A stretch of DNA of 64,000 nt from Octopus vulgaris (taxonomy: Eukaryota): the NCBI GenBank assembly GCA_951406725.2, contig OX597826.1, positions 53,258,001-53,322,000 on the forward strand, written 5' to 3'. The translations under genes were made by a program, and so were the position numbers. How positions within the stretch are numbered: position 1 is the stretch's first letter; every line of letters starts with the position of its first letter. Shown here piece after piece: positions 57,360 to 64,000 of the stretch. The notes beneath the pieces were generated by a model. The model was not told where the DNA came from, did not search any database, and saw only the letters and a program-made list of their open reading frames with translations.

Positions 57360-57800
57360 CAAGTTCTGATCAATAAGTATCTGGACTCTTGCCATAGTAA
57401 CGAAGCTATAGCACGCAGAGTGAAGCCGCTTGGCAGACATTGACCTTGAACTCTGCTGTGCATGCGCGCTAAGTTTAAATGTTCTAGCTCACTTCCGCTG
57501 TTTACAGCGGTGCTTGGTAGGAAGGTGTGTAGCGTGTGATCGTTACATTGACTATGACAGAGAAAGTTGTCATGGCGATACCCGCTCAGAGGCCTACACA
57601 AAGTTGCAGAAATTGTATGGAGAGGAGTGTATGAGCCTACATACAAGAGTACGTGTGGTTAAGATGTTTCCAAGAAGGCCGAAAAAATGTCGATATTGAC
57701 GAACGTTCTGAGAGACCCGTAACAGGCAGATCTGGTCGCGATCCAAAGGACTGCAAAATAATTAAGATGGGAAAACACGTTGTTTCGATACGAAAGTGAT
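57360..57800 (+). mobile_element. Degraded mariner 5' remnant
   Basis: TIR-like TA-CAAGTTCTGATCAATAAGTATCTGGACT. Frameshifted HTH-region peptides KLQKLYGEECMS...VKMF...GRKNVDIDERS. Confidence 0.6.
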
Positions 57801-58196
57801 ATTACTATATATTATGAACTGACAGTAACGTGATGCAAACAGTAATGTAGAAAGATAATTAGCATGGAAATGATGTTAAAGAGGCGATGGGAATATAGAA
57901 GAAAAATTGAAAAATTGACAGGATTAAGTATTGCCTATATTAAGTATTTGCCTATATTCCACTGTGGAATATAGGCATATAGGCGTGTGCATAGAACCTG
58001 CCAGTAGACCAACAAAATGAATGCAAATTTTATGAATGAAACGATGGTTTGCCGAACGACTAAAATGTGGTGACAGTGAATAAAATATCTGTAATGCAAT
58101 AACAATTTTAAATTCTTCCTTTCACAAATTATGAAATAACTTCTATCATTTATTTCTGTCTGTTTATTTATTTTTTTCCCTTTTATTTCTTTTCAG

Positions 58197-59103
58197 GTTA
58201 TCGGTCATTTTGCATATGTTGTTCGCAGAATGTACAGTCTTTTCGGAAAGTCAAGCCATTCAGTGTCTGACGGTGTGGAAAATACGGCTACAGTGAGATC
58301 TAGTAATTTAAATCCGGATAAATCATCTGCTCACAATGGGACCAGTATCGACTCTACAAAGAGATCAGACTACAACACGGAAGCCTGTCAGCGAGACGAG
58401 CACCATATCAAAGACTCTGTTTCAGAGAGTACAGACATGGCTGCCTCACATCAATGTATGGAGAGCGGCAACAATAGAAAGAAAAAGAAGAAGAAACCCA
58501 AGATCAAAAAGTGCTCGAAAGCCCAAAAATCAAATAACACCATGAGTAATGAAAGTGATATGGAAGGCAAAATTGTTGATAAGAACATTCGAGATCAACA
58601 TTGCGTCTCTGAGTCTTCATTATCAGGTTCTACTGGTAGCGAAGACGTTTTGACAGGGAATTCCGAAACACGGTTAACAAAAGACAATGGCGATGACAAA
58701 AAACCGGAAGCAGAAACAAGGGCAAAAATTTCCTCTGGATGCAATTTACCACCAGCAAAAAGCAAGAAACTTCAAAAGAGTTTATCAAGGACGTTATCGA
58801 ATTTAGATTTCGAGAACTGTAATCCAGAGATTTGTGTGACCCTCATGCATCGGCCTTCAATCCAGAGTGTTGGAGCTCTTAAAAGAAAATTAAAGAGTTG
58901 TACAACTGAATGGCTTCAGTCGTTTGTAAAACAAGGCGGCCTCGACAACTTGCTTGATTTTAGCATAGGAGACCGCCATGTTATTCAATTATCAGATGCC
59001 TTATTACTATTGGAGTGTATTTCCTGTATTCGTGTCGTCATGAACTCTCGGCAGGGACTTGAATATATCATAAATACAAATTATACCAAAAAGCTGGTAA
59101 AAA
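58197..59103 (+). CDS. INF2: Coding exon of an inverted-formin-2-like formin (N-terminal extension plus start of the DID/FH3 region); gene continues beyond the window
   Basis: The C-terminal ~100 aa of ORF 58230..59132 (NLDFENCNPEICVTLMHRPS...WLQSFVKQGGLDNLL...LSDALLLLECISCIRVVMNSRQGLEYI) closely match the INF2 DID as I recall it (NLESADPELCIRLLQMPS...[26 protein letters not shown]). A long polypyrimidine tract ends in tttcag|G at 58196/58197. A phase-1 donor A|GTAAGT lies at 59103/59104. ATG is at 58230, but the frame is also open from 58197. Orthologue versus paralogue is unresolved. Confidence 0.9.
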
Positions 59104-59795
59104 GTAAGTATACTAACATATTTCGTGTCTGATTCGTTTTACCCTTTTGCTGTTCTATAATTTTTTTAGAATAAATTATTTAATATTAAATGAAATCACA
59201 GAGCAATAAAATTAGTTTCTGAGTTGCAGAATCGATCATATGTGAAAGCATAACAGAATAATTCAATAATTCAAGTACATAATTATTTCAAACTATATTT
59301 ACTTATAAAATGAGTGAGTTTTAGCAAACCGAATTTAGTAAACCGAATTTGGGAATTTATGATACCGAAACAAGAGGATTTCTGTAAATTTGCTACTAAA
59401 TGCGAACAGCCAATGCACAATCAGGAAAAAAAAACTATTGTCCTATGGTTCAGTCCCACTGCGTGGCACCTTCGGCAAGTGTCTTCTACTATAGTCTCGG
59501 CCCAACCAAAGCCTTGTGAGTGGATTTGGTAGACGGAAACTGAAAGAAGCCCGTCGTATATATGTATATATATGTATGTATGTGTATATGTTTGTGTGTC
59601 TGTGTTTGCCCCCCCCCCCCAACATGGCTTACAACTGATGCTGGTGTGTTTACGACCCCGTAACTTAGCAGTTCGGCCAAAGAGACCGTTAGGATAAGTA
59701 CTAGGCTTACAAAGAATAAGTCCTGAGGTCGATTTCCTCGACTAAAGGCGGTGCTCCAGCCTGGCCGCAGTCAAATGACTGAAACAAGTAAAAGA

Positions 59796-59841
<46 letters not shown>

Positions 59842-60000
59842 GTGTATTTGCCATTGAAATATGGCTAACCTTTAAGAGTGGATGCTACTGTAGTTTGTAG
59901 CCCCAGGTGGCCACCGCCTCCAGCTGGCTATAGATACACTTTCTGTGCCCTCTCAGTATTTGCAAAGGGAAGTCATCCTTCCCGTCTTCAACTTATGATA

Positions 60001-60045
60001 CACACGAACTCGAGTTTCTGGGTATTGACCCATCATCGGCGTGTG
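60001..60045 (-). ncRNA. Type-I hammerhead motif (U4C core variant), antisense within the INF2-like intron
   Basis: Minus strand reads CACACG CCGAUGA UGGGU caau ACCCA GAA ACUCGAGU U CGUGUG. Perfect 6-bp helix I, 5-bp helix II, palindromic helix III. Confidence 0.85.
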
Positions 60046-60050
60046 ACAAT

Positions 60051-60137
<87 letters not shown>

Positions 60138-60354
60138 ATATATTCTGCTTGTGTGGGAAGTAGAGATATTCGGTGCAAGGATTGTATTCGAATTGAGTAT
60201 AAACTATTGATAGAAAATTCTGAAAGGATGTAGTTAAGAAATAGAAATACAAGGAAAAGATTTAGAATCGGAACTGAGGAAACAATAAAGAACAATAGAA
60301 AGGGGTGGATGGGGTTCAAACATGGACTGGACGTATGCAAGTGTTGTAATGAAG

Positions 60355-60557
60355 TCAACAAACACGCTGCTGACGCATATACAGAAAGATTAGATCTCAT
60401 CTTCAGAAAAGCCACCCGACTGATTGATAAGAATTTACCCGCCAGCACACCCCAGTGTCTGATCCGCAGACGTACTGCCTCCTCTTGCCATCCGCACTGT
60501 CTTCCTTTACCCTCTCAGCCCCGTACGAAACAGTACGCCAAGTCCTTCCTCTTTAGA
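60355..60557 (+). mobile_element. LINE (CR1/Jockey-like) ORF2 C-terminal remnant
   Basis: LDLIFRKATRLID...LIRRR...HPHCLPL..PRTKQYAKSFLFR. Confidence 0.6.
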
Positions 60558-60562
60558 ATATA

Positions 60563-60793
60563 TATATCTTTACTGCCCACAAGGGGCTAAACATAGAGGG
60601 GACAAACAAGGACAGACAAAGGGAGTAAGTCAATTACATTGACCCCAGTGCGAAACTGGTACTTTATTTATCGACCCCGAAAGGATGAAAGGTAAAGTCG
60701 ACCTCGGCGGAATTTGAACTCAGAACATAACGACAGACGAAATACCGCTAAGCACTTCGCCCGGCGCGCTAACGTTTCTGCCAGCTCGCCGCC
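60563..60793 (-). mobile_element. SINE family A copy with 10-bp TSD
   Basis: TSD TTAGAATATA at 60553-60562 and 60794-60803. Confidence 0.9.
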
Positions 60794-61304
60794 TTAGAAT
60801 ATAGGTTTCCTGCACTTTATTCATGGGTTAGCAAAGCTACCAATGGTGCACAAACATACACACTCACGCACACATACACACACACACTCCCCCCTCTCTC
60901 TCTCTCTCTATCTCTCTCTCCCTCTTTCTCTCTCTCTCTATTCTAGAACACAGAGAATACTGCTGCGTTGTGTGTGCGCGTGTGTGTATGGTTATTTGTT
61001 GTTATTGAGTAGCCTTATATCAAATTTACATTGTACAATATTCTGAAGATCACTGTCCAGGGTTTATTTATATATTTATTTATTTTTTTGTTTATTTGTT
61101 TGTTTATTTATGTATTTATCTAATATAGCAATTGGAGAAAAACGGTGTTTGTTTACAGGCTTTATTAAATAACCAATCACTAATTAACTACAGAACGGCT
61201 TATGTGACCTGGCCATGTCACTGTTATTTTTTCACTGTCTTGACAATGTTCAGTGGAAGACATACACCTACGCACATATAAACACACGTATACACACACA
61301 CACA

Positions 61305-61338
<34 letters not shown>

Positions 61339-61574
61339 TACGTATACACACATACACATATTGGCTTCAAATTTTGGCACAAGGCCAGCGATTTCGAGGA
61401 TGAGTTGATTATATCGACCCCCAGGGATCAACTGCTACTTATTTTATCGACATTAAAAGGATGAAAGGTTAAAGTCAACTTCGGCGACATTTGAACTCAG
61501 AACATAGAGATTGACGAAGTGCTGCTAAGCTTTTTGCCCGGCGTGCGTGCTAAGAATTCCGCCAGCTCGCCGCC

Positions 61575-61636
<62 letters not shown>

Positions 61637-61867
61637 GTGTGTGCCTATTCTAAGCACAAGGTCTTGAAAATAATTGGGTGAAGGGGCTAGTCGATTACAT
61701 CGACTCCAGTGTGCATCTGGTACTTATTTTATCGACCCCGAAAGAATGAAAGCAAAGTCGACTTCGGCGGAATTTGAACTCAGAACGTAGCGGCACACGA
61801 AATATCGCATTACATTTTGCTCGGTGTGCTAGCGATTCTACCAGCTCGCCGCCCTCATCCCTACCTC

Positions 61868-61950
<83 letters not shown>

Positions 61951-63257
61951 CGTTTAGACTCCGTGAAAAATGCTTAGCGGCATTTCGTCCGTCTTCACTT
62001 CTGAGTTCAAATCCCGCCGAGATTGAATTTGCATTTCATACTTCCGGAATCAGTTGAACACCGGGGTCAGTGTAATCGACTCAACTCCTCACCCGAATTT
62101 GCTGGCCTTGTGCCAAAATTTGAAATCAATATTAAATAAATTTTTACTGAGCAACAATTTTCGACTCTATGTATAAAATACACGTACACCCTTACTTGTA
62201 ACACACATATGCACACACATTAAATCGTGTCTAAAATACTGAAGCATTGAGAAACATGACGGGAGCAAAAGACTTAAATTTAAAGTAAAATTTCCAGAAC
62301 CATGTGCAACCTATCATTGAATGTATATCATATTTTTCCGGGTTTTCAGCGTTATAAATCTTGTGCAGAATTGCTTGTGGGAAACTCGAGGACTTCGAGT
62401 TATATAATCAATCTAATATCGATCTAGTGTCAACTATGAACCACAAGCGATTTACTTCAATTACTGCAACAACTGAAATACAAATATTAACTTTTAATCA
62501 GTCATTAAGTTTTACATCTGTTGCAAATGTACAATAATCGAAATAAATGTTATTCGTGGAGCTATTTATATATATATATGTATCGCCATATTTTAAAATG
62601 GTGTACAGAAGTGGACGAATAACTAAGACAGACACGAACACGTACACTTATATGTATGGGTGTATGTGTTTGTATATACACACACATATGCATAGCGAGG
62701 CAGGGGGATGGCTGTGTGGTTATGAAGCTTGTTTCCCAACCATATGAGATTCAAGGTATGTGGGACAACATTATCTAATGTATCTTATCCTCATAAAAGA
62801 CGGGTAGGATGTGATTTGAGGAAAGATTTAACTGCTATTTCTTGCACGTCGAGCGACCACAAAGTGGCATTGTCTTCAGCTCATTAAGTGTACAGTTAAT
62901 TAATATGGTAGTAATAAAAGCAATCCTTTTACCCGAGTTCAAATTCATGCTGTCACACAGAAACACAACTCAAACTCCAAAATATAATCCAACGAATGTT
63001 TACTTCTTTAAGCCCTTCGCTCTCCGTCGGCGACTTTAAGCCCTTCGCTCCCCGTCAGCGACCTTTTCTTCACCGTCCTCAACTCAGGCTTGTCTTTTTC
63101 TCTCCCTGGTCTTGTTAGCTTTAAATCATTATCAGTGCTTCTGTAACTTAGCTTCTAACTAGAGATGTTGGCCCTGGCAGCTTGGGCAAGTATCTTTTAC
63201 TAAGGCCTCGGGACGACCAAAGCCTTGTGAGCGGATTTGGTAGGCAGAAACTGAAAG

Positions 63258-63465
63258 GCGGTGAGCTGGCAGAAACGTTAGCATGCCGGTCGAAATGCTT
63301 AGCGATATTTCGTCTGCCGCTATGTTCTGAGTTCAAATTCCGACGAGGTCGACTTTGCATTTCATCCTTTCGGGGTCGATAAATTAAGTACCAGTTACGC
63401 ACTGGGGTCGATCTGTCCTTGTTTGTCCCCTCTATGTTTAGCCCCTTGTGGGCAATAAAGAAATA
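63258..63465 (+). mobile_element. SINE family A copy nested in a family B SINE (~63180-63710)
   Basis: 12-bp TSD AGAAACTGAAAG at 63246-63257 and 63466-63477, which is part of the family B body. Confidence 0.9.
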
Positions 63466-64000
63466 AGAAACTGAAAGAAGCTCACCGTGTGTGTGTGTGT
63501 GTGTGTTTGCTCCCCCATCGTTTGGCAACCGATGTTGGTGTGTTTACGTCCCGGTGACTTAGCGGTTCAGAAAAAGATACCGATAGAATAAGTACTAGGC
63601 TTACAAATAATAAGTCCTGGGGTCCATGTGTTCGACTAAAAACCCTTTAAGGCGGTGTGCTCCAGCATGGCTGCAGTCAGATGACTTAAACACGTAAAAG
63701 AATAAAAGAATAGTCTGGCCTCTATCCTTTGACCTATCCAACATAGCCAGCCGCCAGTTCTGTCTCGAGCTTGCGCAGTGCTGGCATAGTTTTTAAGATT
63801 ATTGAGTCACACAAAAACCGGACTTTGTGGTGATCAACGAATCTAAAACCACATAAAAGTACTAATTAGAAAAAATCTTTTAGACAGAAAAAGAAAAATC
63901 TATGCAGAGCTTATTAAACATAACAAGGCACTTTTTTCTTATTACTTTAGTTTTATTTTTTAAACGATTTCCTCATTCGTATTTACCTTTCCCTTTCTCC

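Noticed and set aside
63006-63062. 28-bp tandem duplication CTTTAAGCCCTTCGCTC(T/C)CCGTC(G/A)GCGA
   Set aside because: A simple two-copy local duplication with no further structure.

Overview
This is AT-rich, repeat-dominated eukaryotic DNA, probably from a cephalopod such as Octopus (inferred from the SINE families and extreme microsatellite load, not verified). The only well-supported host coding sequence is one exon at 58197-59103 (+). It encodes the N-terminal DID/FH3 region of an INF2-like formin, preceded by an unusual ~190-aa extension. Almost all other ORFs in the track are microsatellite or SINE artefacts. The rest of the window is three tRNA-derived SINE families, Tc1/mariner relics, a Helitron, a Helentron/HINE-like element, a piggyBac-like MITE, LINE 3' fragments and microsatellites. 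The main hidden signal is about 17 type-I hammerhead-ribozyme (HHR) or HHR-like motifs plus 3 half-motifs, found by eye. They belong to roughly a dozen families with dissimilar helix sequences, and most have a short palindromic helix III. They sit in short non-coding units that usually abut (TA)n/(CA)n tracts and often form fold-back inversions, as expected for non-autonomous Penelope-like element (PLE) or retrozyme-like derivatives. One unit (7843-8164) combines a tRNA-like Pol III head with an intact HHR, an inverted tail copy and a probable TSD, i.e. a candidate ribozyme-bearing SINE. No PLE reverse transcriptase was recognised, and self-cleavage is untested.
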